Assembly: GCA_012295275.1 (NCBI GenBank)
Contig: CM022678.1
Span: 9,486,001 to 9,550,000 of the forward strand
Length of the DNA stretch: 64,000 nucleotides
Source of the DNA: Chrysomallon squamiferum
Lineage: Eukaryota > Animalia > Mollusca
Direction: 5' to 3'
The position numbers and the translations under genes are program-made. Positions 26,951-39,015 of the stretch are shown in pieces (position 1 is the first letter of the stretch; every line of letters begins with the position of its first letter). The notes beneath the pieces were generated by a model. The model was given only the letters and a program-made list of their open reading frames with translations. It was not told where the DNA came from and searched no databases.

Positions 26951-27287
26951 TTCACAAGCACACAACATACCCATTCTCTCTGTAAAAAAACATATACTCA
27001 ACTTACACACCTAGACAGAACACCTATTTCTACGTTATAATACATAAATGTGCCAACCTAAAAGTTTTTCTATTTTTATTTGATCTATCTGCTCACATTC
27101 CGATCCATAAAAATAACCATCTGTGAATCATCTGTCCATCTCCCTGGCTGCCTCCTTGCATAACTATCTTACAGCCTCTGTCTTTCTGTATGTCTGTCCA
27201 TTTATAACACAAGCACTCTCTTATTCATACACATTCTAGCACATTAAACACATGAACCTGCTCTTCCATACAGATGTGGTTACACTT

Positions 27288-28200
27288 ATCTACCTATCCA
27301 CCACTCTGCATCATTCTTTGTATCTATATATCAACCTGTTGAGTACCTATCTACACACACACCTATCTCTCTACCTATCTACACACATACCTACCTATCT
27401 ACCTATCTACACACATACCTACCTGTCTACCTATCTACACACACACCTACCTATCTACCTATCCACCACTCTGCATCATTCTTTGTATTTATATATCAAC
27501 CTGTTGAGTAACTATCTACACACACACCTACCTATCTACCTATCCACCACTCTGCATCTCTCTTTTTATCTATATATCAACCTGTTGAGTAACTATCTAC
27601 ACACACACCTACCTATCTACCTATCCACCACTCTGCATCTCTTTTTTTATCTATATATCAACCTGTTGAGTAACTATCTACACACACACCTACCTATCTA
27701 CCTATCCACCACTCTGCATCTCTCTTTTTATCTATATATCAACCTGTTGAGTAACTATCTACACACACACCTACCTATCTACCTATCCACCACTCTGCAT
27801 CTCTCTTTTTATCTATATATCAACCTGTTGAGTAACTATCTACACACACACCTACCTATCTACCTATCCACCACTCTGCATCTCTCTTTTTATCTATATA
27901 TCAACCTGTTGAGTAACTATCTACACACACACCTACCTATCTACCTATCCACCACTCTGCATCTCTCTTTTTATCTATATATCAACCTGTTGAGTAACTA
28001 TCTACACACACACCTACCTATCTACCTATCTACACACATACCTACCTGTCTACCGATCTACACACAAACCTACCTATCTACCTATCTACACACATACCTA
28101 CCTGTCTACCTATCTACACACATACCTACCTGTCTACCTATCGACCACTCTGCATTTCTCTTTGTATCTATATATCAAACTGTTGAGTAACTATCTACAC
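27288..28200. repeat. 81 bp minisatellite (about 8-9 units), followed by ctacctat/cacaca low-complexity repeats to about 28530
   Basis: Unit gives the 27-aa periodicity LSTTLHLSFYLYINLLSNYLHTHLPIY in ORF 27252..28190. Confidence 0.93.
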
Positions 28201-28637
28201 ACAAACCTACCTGTCTACCTATCTACACACAAACCTACCTGTCTACCTATCTACACACAAACCTACCTGTCTACCTATCTCACACACACCTACCTGTCTA
28301 CCTATATACACACATACCTACCTGTCTACCTATCTACACAACACCTACCTATCTACCTATCTACACACACACCTACCTGTCTACCTATCTACACACACAG
28401 CTACCTATCTACCAATCTACACACACACCTATCTACCTATCTACACACAACACTACCTGTCTACCTATCTACACACATACCTACCTGTCTACCTATCTAC
28501 ACAACACCTACCTATCTACCAACCTATCTGCTTGTTCTCTCTTATCTAGTTTTCATTTTTATCTTCTCCATGCAAGAATATAATCAGTAATCATCCATCA
28601 ATCATCTACCCAACTCCCTGCCTACCTACACATCTAT

Positions 28638-28940
28638 CTGTGTCTACACACCTAATTACAACTGTATTTCTGTCTGTCCACCTACAAACACACTCTGTCT
28701 GTGTCTACACACCTAATTACAACTGTGTTTCTGTCTGTCCATCTACAAACACACTCTGTGTCTACACACCTAATTACAACTGTATTTCTGTCTGTCCATC
28801 TACAAACACACTCTGTCTGTGTCTACACACCTAATTACAACTGTATTTCTGTCTGTCCATCTACAAACACACTCTGTCTGTGTCTACACACCTAATTACA
28901 ACTGTATTTCTGTCTGTCCATCTACAAACACACTCTGTCT
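28638..28940. repeat. 61 bp minisatellite (5 units)
   Basis: Unit tgtctacacacctaattacaactgtatttctgtctgtccatctacaaacacactctgtctg. Confidence 0.93.
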
Positions 28941-30307
28941 ATAAAACTTTATTTAGTTTCTCTCTTACTGTCCAAATTAGTTGTTATTATCACTGTACCT
29001 TCTCTTTCTGTCTGTGTATCTTCCTCTCTATCAGTTTATCTAGGGTCTGTCTTCTATCTGTCTGTCTGTCTGGCTGTGTGTATTTTATTATTCCAATTGC
29101 TTATCACCTGCCTAACTATGACTACTGATCAACCTTCTGACTCTGTTTTTCATGCAGTCTGTATAATCAGTGTATCAATCCATCATCTGTCTTTCTATCC
29201 ATCTGTGCATCTGTTACTGGAAACTTTTTTAATTTATTCTTAAAGTTAAAAACCCTTAAATTTTCAATATACAATGAGCTTCTTTTTAAACTACCTCTCA
29301 CATTTAATTATCTGGTATTCATTTATACCTTCACCCTAATACATTTATTTAAAAAGGGCACTTACCTGGAAACCCATCCATATTTCTTCATGTCTACTTG
29401 GCTTCTTGTTTACAATAAAAGTTGGTGTAACCTTTACACCTCTTCTTTTCACCATCAGACTGTGTGTAGATAATAAAACATCTCCTTAATTTCAGGTCTT
29501 CTCACTTCTTCCTTTTTAATTGAAAAACAAAAAAAACATGAATGTTCACATCTCATTATGCACTGAACTCTTTATAAAGTGAAAACTGAAATTTAATGTG
29601 CTGCTTCCAAAAACTCTGAAAAAGAAGCAAGATCAATATAAAAAACAAATAATAATAATAAAAAGTAAAAAATTCAGTGTATGTCACTGTGAAAAATGAA
29701 TATTTTACTTAATTTACTGTTTCACTGTTGATTATTAAAAGTGGGTTTATTTGATATTTTTCATGTGTTTCTGTGGAAAATACATTTTCTTCATGCTTCA
29801 TATAGCACTACATGTTTTTTAAAAATAAGTTTGCATTGTTTTTTTATGAAACAAAATCAATATTTATACATTTTCTATTATTGATAATGAAAAATGCATA
29901 GACTGTTCAGTGTTAATAATAATAAATAAATAAATAACAAAACAATATATATATATTTTTAAATTCTTATTCAGTTATTGTTTAAGAAAATGAAAACAGA
30001 TATAAAAATTACAATCTAAGACTTGCCTAGCTCCATACCAGAAAGTTGTGTATTGTTATTTCATTTGATGTCTGCCTTGATGTCATAAACATTATTAGTA
30101 AGTGAACATTTCTTATCAGTGAATTCAATATTATCTGTTCTCGTTCAATAGTAAATGCAGATTAAAAAAAAAAACTTGTGTTTTTTTAGCTGACGCAAAG
30201 CCACAAGTGAGTCAGAAACAAGTCTCGATTTCGACTTTAGTTTCACGTCATCCAAAAGAAAAAAGACTACAGTGAACAAAAAAAACAACAAAAAAACAAC
30301 AACAAAA

Positions 30308-30730
30308 ACATAACTACTGAGAGGTAATGAGAAGCGATCACAGCTACCTGTACTGCAGAATTAGAAACACCAAGACAACATAACTACTGACAGGTAATGA
30401 GAAGCGATCACAGCTACCTGTACTGCAGAATTAGAAACACCAAGACAACATAACTACTGACAGGTAATGAGAAGCGATCACAGCTACCTGTACTGCAGAA
30501 TTAGAAACACCAAGACAACATAACTACTGACAGGTAATGAGAAGCATCACAGCTACCTGTACTGCAGAATTAGAAACACCAAGACAACATAACTACTGAC
30601 AGGTAATGAGAAGCGATCACAGCTACCTGTACTGCAGAATTAGAAACACCAAGACAACATAACTACTGAGAGGTAATGAGAAGCGATCACAGCTACCTGT
30701 ACTGCAGAATTAGAAACACCAAGACAACAT
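30308..30730. repeat. 70 bp minisatellite (6 near-identical units)
   Basis: Unit taactactgacaggtaatgagaagcgatcacagctacctgtactgcagaattagaaacaccaagacaaca at 30311, 30381, 30451, 30521 and onward. Confidence 0.96.
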
Positions 30731-31184
30731 TTTCCTAAACCACTCACATTTCCATTTTTAATAACCTCTTTGAGAAGATCCCCAGGATTTCAGAGGCAGT
30801 CCAGAGAATCAAGAATTTCAGCTGCCTGACTTTTGTGTTACTGCAGCTGAAAAACAGAATTAAAATATTAAGAATAATAATTTTAAAAAAAGAATTCAAT
30901 AATAACATGAAAATATTTTTAAAACAGTGTTTAATTTGGAAAATGCTGTTCTAGATTCCAGTGGGAAAATGGATTCTCAAACAGGAAATTAATTTAATCC
31001 TAGGATTAAAGTATTTATACAATTACAAAGATTTCCAGAGTTTTTTTTTTTTTTTCATTTGCAATTTTGTGATGTTAACTAAAATTATGAAGTAATTAAT
31101 ATATCTAGAATTTACTCTTCAGTTTTAGTTTGAAGTCAGAGTATTAATTATCACATACACATGAGCACATGCAAAATGCATTTA

Positions 31185-31237
<53 letters not shown>

Positions 31238-31447
31238 CATTAAATTGAAATACAAAACTGGAAATAAAGATCCAGTTCATGTACTTTCTGATCTATAAAC
31301 ATGGCAGAAACTATTAAATCAGTACAGAAGTATAAACAGCACTAAATGTACAAGTTCAAGACAAAGGAGCTGCTGAATAAAAATCTGTTTTCATATAGTT
31401 TTACACAGACACACTGGACAAATGTCTGCAGATGTTGCGAGATTCAG

Positions 31448-31677
31448 CAAAGACTCTGAGTATTTCAAAGTCCACACTGCAACACTGTGTGACAAAGACT
31501 CTGAGTATTTCAAAGTCCACACTGCAACACTGTGTGACAAAGACTCTGAGTATTTCAAAGTCCACACTGCAACACTGTGTGACAAAGACTCTGAGTATTT
31601 CAAAGTCCACACTGCAACACTGTGTGACAAAGACTGAGTATTTCAAAGTCCACACTACAACACTGTGTGACAAAGAC
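31448..31677. repeat. 45 bp tandem repeat (5 units) inside a putative exon
   Basis: Unit caaagactctgagtatttcaaagtccacactgcaacactgtgtga; reads RVFVTQCCSVDFEIL on the minus strand. Confidence 0.95.
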
Positions 31678-31894
31678 GAAACATCTCGATGTGACCTCCA
31701 AGCCAAAGACCAAGAATAATCTGGTTTTTGATGCAGCTACCTAAGTGTGGACAGTGTCAGAAATGTCACACACAACAATGAAATGTACACAGTGATATAA
31801 CCCATTTAGCTGTTCTGGTGGAAATCACTACAAAAACTCTGACCATTGCTGATCCCTGGCAAAAACTGCAAAGGATCATACAAAATACATGAAA

Positions 31895-31937
<43 letters not shown>

Positions 31938-32519
31938 ATACCTACAGCTTCATTATCACATCTTCATTATGAATGTTTTTATGTGTCTTATTTATCCAGT
32001 TCAATTCATCTTAAGTGTTAAAGTTCCTTATTTCCTGTAAAATGTAATTCTCTAACAAGAATAAATAATATTACTCAAAAAGAACTTACCTTTTTTTCAA
32101 CTATTGATGTTGCATGCTTTCTTCTCAAAACATCTAGGAACTGAAGGAACTGCTGACAAAAATATTCTGACTGGAATCTGTTTCTGTGGTTTCTGTTAGT
32201 ATTACTGACAACATTCTCAACATGAGATAAACTGTCAGACTCTTTCAAGCTGATAATCACACAGGCAGTGTCTGTAAGTAAAAGAGTTTCTAAATAAAAA
32301 TAATAAAATTACTGATATGGAATTAACTGCGTAAAATGGCATTGTTTTTATTATATATTAAGTAAAGTGAGAGAAAATGGCAGGCTACCCAGGTAAAACA
32401 CAATTAACAAGAACCGGGACATCGACAGATCCTCACTGGTACATTTCAGCTTGCCCTGCTAAGTAGACACAATTTTAAGATCATTTACACATGTTGTCAT
32501 AACCAATTTATCACCGAAA

Positions 32520-33449
32520 TTCAATTTTTATCACAACTTTTATTATAAAACTATGTGACACTCTATCAAAAGCTTTTTCTTGATCAATTTTAACAATAAA
32601 CCCTTCAGTATTATTTAACTCTGATGAAATAATAGTTGACATAACTTGTTTAACACGACTAGCAAGAACTTTAGAAATAATTTTATAACCTACATTTAAA
32701 AGACTGATAGGTCTGTAATTTTTAAGGTTTGCTTTATCTCCAGTTTTTTCCTGTAAAAAAGATTAGTTACCCCTTTTTTCATACTATGCAACAACATTTC
32801 CTCTTTTTGAATTGAAATAACTACTTTATGAAAAAAAATTTTTTTTTAATTTTCCAGTATTTAACATAAAATTCAACTGTTAGACCATCCATACCAGGTG
32901 ATTTATTTCTATTCATTTCTTTTAAAGCTTCAGTTAATTCTTTAACTGTAATGTCAATCTCACACTTTTCACTTTCAGATTCTTTTAGTTGATATTAAAT
33001 ATATTATTTCTTCCTGTTTAACAGTATCTACATTTTCTTGTGTAAATAATTTTGAATAAAATTCATAAGCATATTCTAATATATCTTCCATTTTTCTAGT
33101 TAATCCATTTACTGTTTTTAGTTCTTTAATAGAATTTGATTCCTGTTTTGATTTTTCTAAACTAAGAAAAATATTAAATATTTCTATCCATATCTAAATT
33201 CCATTGAGCTTCAGATCTTAAAATAGCACCATTAATCTCTAAATTAATTTTAACTTTTTTTCTTTGTATGTTACTCAAAGCATGATGCTTATTTAGAACT
33301 AGTTTAGGATATTCTCATTTTAAAGCATTTTGTATATTATAATATTTTTCATTGTCTAACTGTCTCTTATTTAGTGCAGAATCTCTTGTATTTTAAGTTA
33401 TTTGATCAAAGAACAGGTTCAGTTTGTAACAAAGGACACTCAGAAGCAT
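32520..33449 (-). mobile_element. L1/Tx1-clade LINE fragment: linker and N-terminal RT
   Basis: Minus-strand NKSPGMDGLTVEFY, NYRPISLLNV and IDQEKAFDRVSH motifs; overlaps 14715-15130 and 49200-49500 in sequence. Confidence 0.88.
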
Positions 33450-33612
33450 TTTCAGTGGCAGCAGTACATGTATGTGCATGTCTACCTACTGATATATTAT
33501 TAACAAACTGCAGCCTCCTGCATTAAATTAAATTAAACTTAATTATGTTTAGAACAATGAGAAATATTTAAATAAAAACAACTCAAATTAAAAACAATGC
33601 AGCAGTACAAAC

Positions 33613-34500
33613 TTTATTTAAGCAGACTATAATTGTGTCCTCAGTGCCTGATGGAAGTTCACTGGATGTGTTAAAAGTTGTAATTTGTCTGAAAATTTTA
33701 AAATTGCTTGTTCAAAATGTTGAATTTAAAATATGAGGTCTCTTTAGGCTATACGATAAATTATATAAAACATGCACCCCAAATATCATTCTCCTTCTCC
33801 CTGTCTCCCTGAATCTCCATTCCTTAATCCTCTGTCTTTTTCTCATACATTCATACATTTGCATGTTTAACTGCAATCATCATAATCCTTCACCTTCTTT
33901 TCAGCTATCATTTAATAATCAAAGTAGAAAAATGAATACTTTAAATTTTAATATTTAACAAGATAAAAAATATAAATAAATAATTAAACAAAAACAACAG
34001 CAAACCTGATGGCTAGGACAGCACATTCTACTGAAACAACTTCACTGGCATATGCCAACATCAGCACATTCTAAAAGAAAAAGTAAATAAAATAGTAATA
34101 ATAATAAAATAATAATAAAAATAATAAACTAATTTGTGTGTTGTAAATAAATAACTAATACTTCTGTGAAAATTTAAATTTAACTTTATTATTCAGACAA
34201 ACTGGGCTGTGGGATATCTTCAGTATACTTTGTTATTAATAAATAATGTAACATAATTATTATAATATTAAACTGATTACAAAACAATAGCAAATAAGTG
34301 ATTTTTATTACACTATTTTATAATCAATAAAGAGTTGCTACAAATCTTATTTTACTCTCTAAAACACAAACATAAAATATATTATACTCACAACTCAGAA
34401 CGGTGCAGTTTGCATAAGAATGGTTTCTGTAACTGGTGATTCATCCTTCTCCATGATGTAAATTCCCTTTCTTGACAGATCTGAATAATAATACAGTCAC
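33613..34500 (-). pseudogene. CAMSAP: CAMSAP/Patronin N-terminal exons (34392-34500, 34006-34070, 33613-33688), copy A, disrupted
   Basis: LSRKGIYIMEKDESPVTETILMQTAPF*V | NVLMLAYASEVVSVECAVLAIR | QITTFNTSSELPSGTEDTIIVCLNK match recalled CAMSAP1 LSRKGIYVMESDDTPVTE, ALMMAYTVEMISIEKVV and RFSTFSASKELPYDLEDAMVFWINK. Splice sites and phases fit; the first exon has a 1-nt deletion and a TGA. Confidence 0.92.
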
Positions 34501-34660
34501 CTACGAAAAATAGCAATGTCAATAGTAAATATAATGTTTAATTTTTGAAAGTACATGATATTTTTTGTTATCAATCTACATTTGTCTGATAAATGCATTT
34601 TTCTCTGCCTTATTATCGTTTGTGAAAGTTATAATAAATTGATTTACATATGAAATTGCC

Positions 34661-34661
<1 letters not shown>

Positions 34662-34752
<91 letters not shown>
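34662..34752. repeat. (CA)n(CT)n microsatellite
   Basis: Read directly. Confidence 0.95.
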
Positions 34753-34755
<3 letters not shown>

Positions 34756-34849
34756 AATACGATTATAGTTTATACGGTGAACACCTCTCTTTCTGCTTCT
34801 TTCACACATACACTGATACAGTGATACACATTACATCATGATCATGTTT

Positions 34850-36075
34850 ACCTCGTTCCATGGCTGAAAATGTGCGCATAATCCGCATTCGATTCACGCT
34901 TGGAATCACACAAACATAAAACATCCCAATCCATTTGGATTCTCGTGAAATATTTCCAAAATTCTATTAAATTGAATAATCAACAAGTAAAACGTTACCG
35001 AATTAAAAACAAAAATAAACTGGCTGTCAAACATCAGTTCATACTGGTTTGAAAAGCGTAGCATACATTCGAATCCGTTTATGTTCGAAACATCGTGGTT
35101 TATCGAGACTAGCCTGGCCTTAACCTAATTTTATTTAGTATTTAAGAAGTCATTAATTTGTTTATTCTCACAAAAATTATTATAAAATTTGTAGAAATTT
35201 ATTCTGTATTCATTTCTGAGCTAAAAATGAAATTAAGAAAAATATCCATAATAATTATAAATATTATTAATATTAATAAATAAATAATTGCGATAATAAT
35301 TTTTAAGAAACAAAAAAGAATTGTTTTAAATAAATAAATAAAAAATAAAGTAAATTAATAAAATAAAATAAAATAAAGTTAACTTAAAAAACAAAAATGC
35401 AACACAAAAAAATAAAATAAAAACGGGATAAAAAGCAGTCATAACTATTCTTTAAAAAAAAAGGAACCCCCCCACCCCCGAAACCACCACCACAAAATAA
35501 AAACACTTCCTCATAGTTAAAAATTAAAGTTTAAATGAAACAGATATATGATTGTATTTTATTTAATTTTTTTTTTTTTTTTTTTTTATTATTATTAATA
35601 TTTTTTGCTACCAGGCCTTTTTCTGAGAAGAACGGATTCTGTTGGATATATACAGAGGACTCGAATGTCTCCGTCTATTCGACCGAGATGATCCGAACGG
35701 TCCCGATCACTTTTCCGATACTGGGTCAGCGAGACTCGTGGTTTTGTTTATCAAGACTACAGTTAGCGCCATGCCTATCCGGTCGAGAAAGTTAGTGTTA
35801 TAAACCGATGTTGGCAAATTCAGGTAAGCCGATAAGTCCACTTTATCGAACTACTAGCAAACCTTTTGTATGAAATAAATATTTGAGATTAATACTGACT
35901 CTTGTGTTATATCTTATAGAGAAAAAGGCGACTTCCCCATAACCATTTTACCATCCCAATCGCCGAAACGGAACTTTGGTCGCAATTAATTCTCAAACAT
36001 TCTGACTTAATAATTTATAATTTTAATATTTTCGGTAACTTTTAAATATTTTTTTAATTTCTTTTTGTTTCGAAA
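34850..36075. promoter_or_regulatory. CpG-retaining island between divergently oriented gene remnants (possible promoter region)
   Basis: Visible excess of CG dinucleotides against a CpG-depleted background. Minus-strand donor-like sites near 34850 and 34996 lie upstream of the CAMSAP N-terminal exons. Confidence 0.4.
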
Positions 36076-36791
36076 TTATATGTGATAAATTTTATAAACG
36101 TTTTTTTTTTTTTTTTACTGCAATTTATTTATTAGGCTTGTCAATGATAAATGTAATTTTTCTCTCTACAGGATAAACAAGTCTTCTGCTGACCAGAAAA
36201 AAGACCAAGGTTGACCACTTGACCATGTGTGTAGTGAAGCGTTCATTGAAAAACATGACTTCTCCAGTCCTGCCAGTTAAGAGAAATTTGTACAGACTCA
36301 GACACTGAGATGTGCTCAACATGTTTGTAAACAGATGCTGGGTATAATGGACAAATAATTCAGTTTACTACAAGATTTTATAAATTACTTAATGCCACCT
36401 GAGAATGTTTTAATATTAATATTATTTTAATTTTGTTACTATTAATTAGGTATGTTTAGTGAACAATGAGTTAACAGTGAAAAGACAGTGATTTATATCT
36501 ATCATTAATTAATTCTATAATTATTGTTTGTTTATTTAATTTTTTAAATGATAAAATAAAGTCATTATCATTTTTGAACTCATGCTGTTTTAAATGTTGT
36601 TTATATTAATATTAAATTGAGGTAAACAAAAAACTGATTAGAAACAAGTCAAAAACATTTTAAAAATAATAAATTACTTTTGTTTCAGACTGAGAATGTA
36701 GAAGTCAGGGTTTGACATGGGAACAGATTTCTCATAAAGCTGAAGGCAGTTTATGTCACTATGGTTACTACTAGAAAAAAGTATGAGAAAG
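35615..36791 (+). pseudogene. Unidentified gene Z exons (35615-35823, 36172-36341, 36689-36791)
   Basis: ccag/gtaag-bounded 209-nt exon AFF*EERILLDIYRGLECLRLFDRDDPNGPDHFSDTGSARLVV/FVYQDYS*RHAYPVEKVSVINRCWQIQ (1-nt deletion), followed by phase-compatible exons containing stops. Confidence 0.55.
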
Positions 36792-36911
36792 GTTAGTAGT
36801 TTGTTTTCTTTGAACTGTAGTGTACCTATCAAAGCAAAAAGTGCTAGGGATGCCTGTCTTGTCTCAGATGAAAAAGTCCTTGGTTTCAAAAATATTGAAA
36901 TAAGCATTTTA

Positions 36912-36978
<67 letters not shown>

Positions 36979-37237
36979 ACTTGAATTTTATTTTATATAT
37001 TTTAAATTGCATTGAGCGATTAAACCAAGTTTTTCCTCTGCACACTGTATTACCTTGAATACAACAAAGATAACAGAAGATTTATTTTAAGAAGTATTTT
37101 ATCTGTGTCAGTCACACGGTCAGCAGATTGTTGGAGACAGAAATATTTGATATCAGTTTTAGTCTGTACCCTTATTAAACCATAGACATCCCTCTTTCTT
37201 AATAACAATAATAATAATTATATTACTATTATTATTA

Positions 37238-37281
<44 letters not shown>

Positions 37282-37286
37282 TTTAG

Positions 37287-37777
37287 ATATAAATGAGTGT
37301 ACACCAGTTGATTCCAGCATTACTAAGTACACCAATACTTGTACTAACAGAATCAGTGGATTCACTTGTTCCTGTCTGGCTGGGAAGAAACTTGAAAATG
37401 ACCAGACAACATGTGTTAGTAAGCAGAATTTCTCATTACAAAATACAATAATGTAAAAATAAATTTTTAAATATTTTAAAAACATAATTATATTTTGAAA
37501 TCTGAAGCAAATTTTCATGATATTTACATTATACTTTTAATATAATTTTATAAATTTTGTTTTATAATAAATACTAACACAAAAATTTGATTTTAATTTA
37601 ATTTATTTATTTTTGAATTAAATTTTATTTTTGCCTCTCAGACCATTGTCAGTGTAAAGTTGACTGGGTGGTGTGTGATGTGAAAACAACAGAGATGAAT
37701 GTAGTGTTTCAACAGTTTCATGTCAAGCAAACAGCAACTGCAAAAACCTGCCAGTCTCCTATCATTTGAATGTATAG
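37287..37777 (+). pseudogene. Calcium-binding EGF-like domain exons (37287-37418, 37642-37777), degenerate
   Basis: 132-nt phase 1-1 exon INECTPVDSSITKYTNTCTNRISGFTCSCLAGKKLENDQTTCV (one Cys lost). The second exon reads CQCKVDW/GV*CENNRDECSVSTVSCQANSNCKNLPVSY with frameshifts. Confidence 0.85.
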
Positions 37778-37884
37778 GTAAGTAGAATATATTCTTAATA
37801 AATAGTTAATTTACAATGTTAAAAAAATTTCGTAAAAAGTTTTAATTATAATGTTTTATTTAATAAACAGCTATATTCAATGAA

Positions 37885-38030
37885 TAATTCCTTATTACTT
37901 AATAAATAGTTATATGTTATAAATGATTTCTTATTATTTAATAAATAGTTATATGTTACAGATGATTTCTTATTATTTATGAAATAGTTATATGTTACAA
38001 ATGATTTCCTATTACTTAATAAATAGTTAT
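37885..38030. repeat. About 39 bp AT-rich tandem repeat (about 4 units)
   Basis: cttattacttaataaatagttatatgttacaaatgattt-like units. Confidence 0.75.
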
Positions 38031-38614
38031 AGCATAAAAATGAGTCCTTTTTATTTAAAAAAAATACTTAAATGATACAAATGATTGATGAATTTGTTAC
38101 ATATTTTTGTGATTTTAATTACCAAAGAAAACAGAATAGCTGTTTTGAACTGACAAATGAGTTAATTAATACAGCTCTCATACAATTAACTTTGTTTGGC
38201 ATTAAAATATAATAAATAAATAACTAAATATAATAATAAAAATATCATTTTATATTTTTTAATAATTTTCTATTCAAAATTAAGAGAATGTGTATTTAAC
38301 CCAGATAATCAGCTTTCAGTGACTAAGAAATTAAAAAGAAAAAAAAGAAAAAAAAGAAAAAAACAAACCCTGTTTGGTAACAGCTAACTTTGATTTTGTA
38401 GTTTGAGTCTCAAGAACATTATGAAAAAATTAAAAATAATAAAAATAAAAATAAAAATAATTTTTGACAACTAATAATTAAACTATTATTAAACAGATAT
38501 TTATTAATTAATTAATTCATTCATTCATGTAATAGATAATTTTTTTTATAGTTGAATGAATAATTGGTATCCTTCTTTAATTAACAATGAGAAAAGCTAC
38601 ATCTGTTCTTGTTA

Positions 38615-38840
38615 TTTTAATTGTGACAAAATTTGATAAAATTATAAACTATTTTATTTTCATTTATACCAGAATGTGATAAAATTGTAAATTATTTTAG
38701 TTGTGACAGAATATAATAAAGTTATAAAAATATTTTATGTTCAGTTGTGTCAGAATGTGATAAAATTGTAAACTATTTTATTTTTGTTCAGTTGTGACAA
38801 AATATAATAAAGTTATAAAAATATTTTATGTTCAATTGTA
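38615..38840. repeat. About 40-45 bp diverged tandem repeat (about 5 units)
   Basis: ttgtgacagaatataataaagttataaaaatattttatgttcag-like units. Confidence 0.7.
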
Positions 38841-38963
38841 ATTGAACAATATTTATACTCGGAACTAAAACTACTAAGATGGAGGCTATACATGTTCCTG
38901 TATGGATGTTTATAAATGGGAAACTGACAAAATTACTTGTAGAGGTAGATATATATTAACATA

Positions 38964-39015
<52 letters not shown>

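Larger units (their letters stand above)
25970..32271 (-). pseudogene. Unidentified gene Y, decayed exons (about 32090-32271, 31290-31865, 30748-30846, 29366-29490, 25970-26232)
   Basis: AG/GT-bounded GC-richer islands: TACVIISLKESDSL...FLQFLDVLRRKHATSIVEKK (182 nt), FARDQQWSEFL**FPPEQLNGLYHCVHFIVVCDISD, LQ*HKSQAAEILDSLDCL*NPGDLLKEVIKNGN (99 nt) and GLL*QPDIRDIMRQQLSLETHIKLAPSLG. Family not recognised. Confidence 0.55.

Noticed and set aside
20469-28590. Long repetitive ORFs (for example 25510..26256, 27252..28190, 22195..22674) as repeat proteins
   Set aside because: They are translations of minisatellites lacking stop codons, with no unique domains or consistent gene structure.
30308-30730. 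CRISPR-like array (also considered 22936-24302 and 25245-25887)
   Set aside because: Units are contiguous and near-identical with no unique spacers; no cas genes; eukaryotic context.
4031-34500. One intact CAMSAP gene spanning 34.5 kb down to about 7 kb
   Set aside because: Exons carry stops and frameshifts, an extra post-CH exon precedes the CH exon, foreign exons intervene, and no coiled-coil or CKK exons follow downstream.
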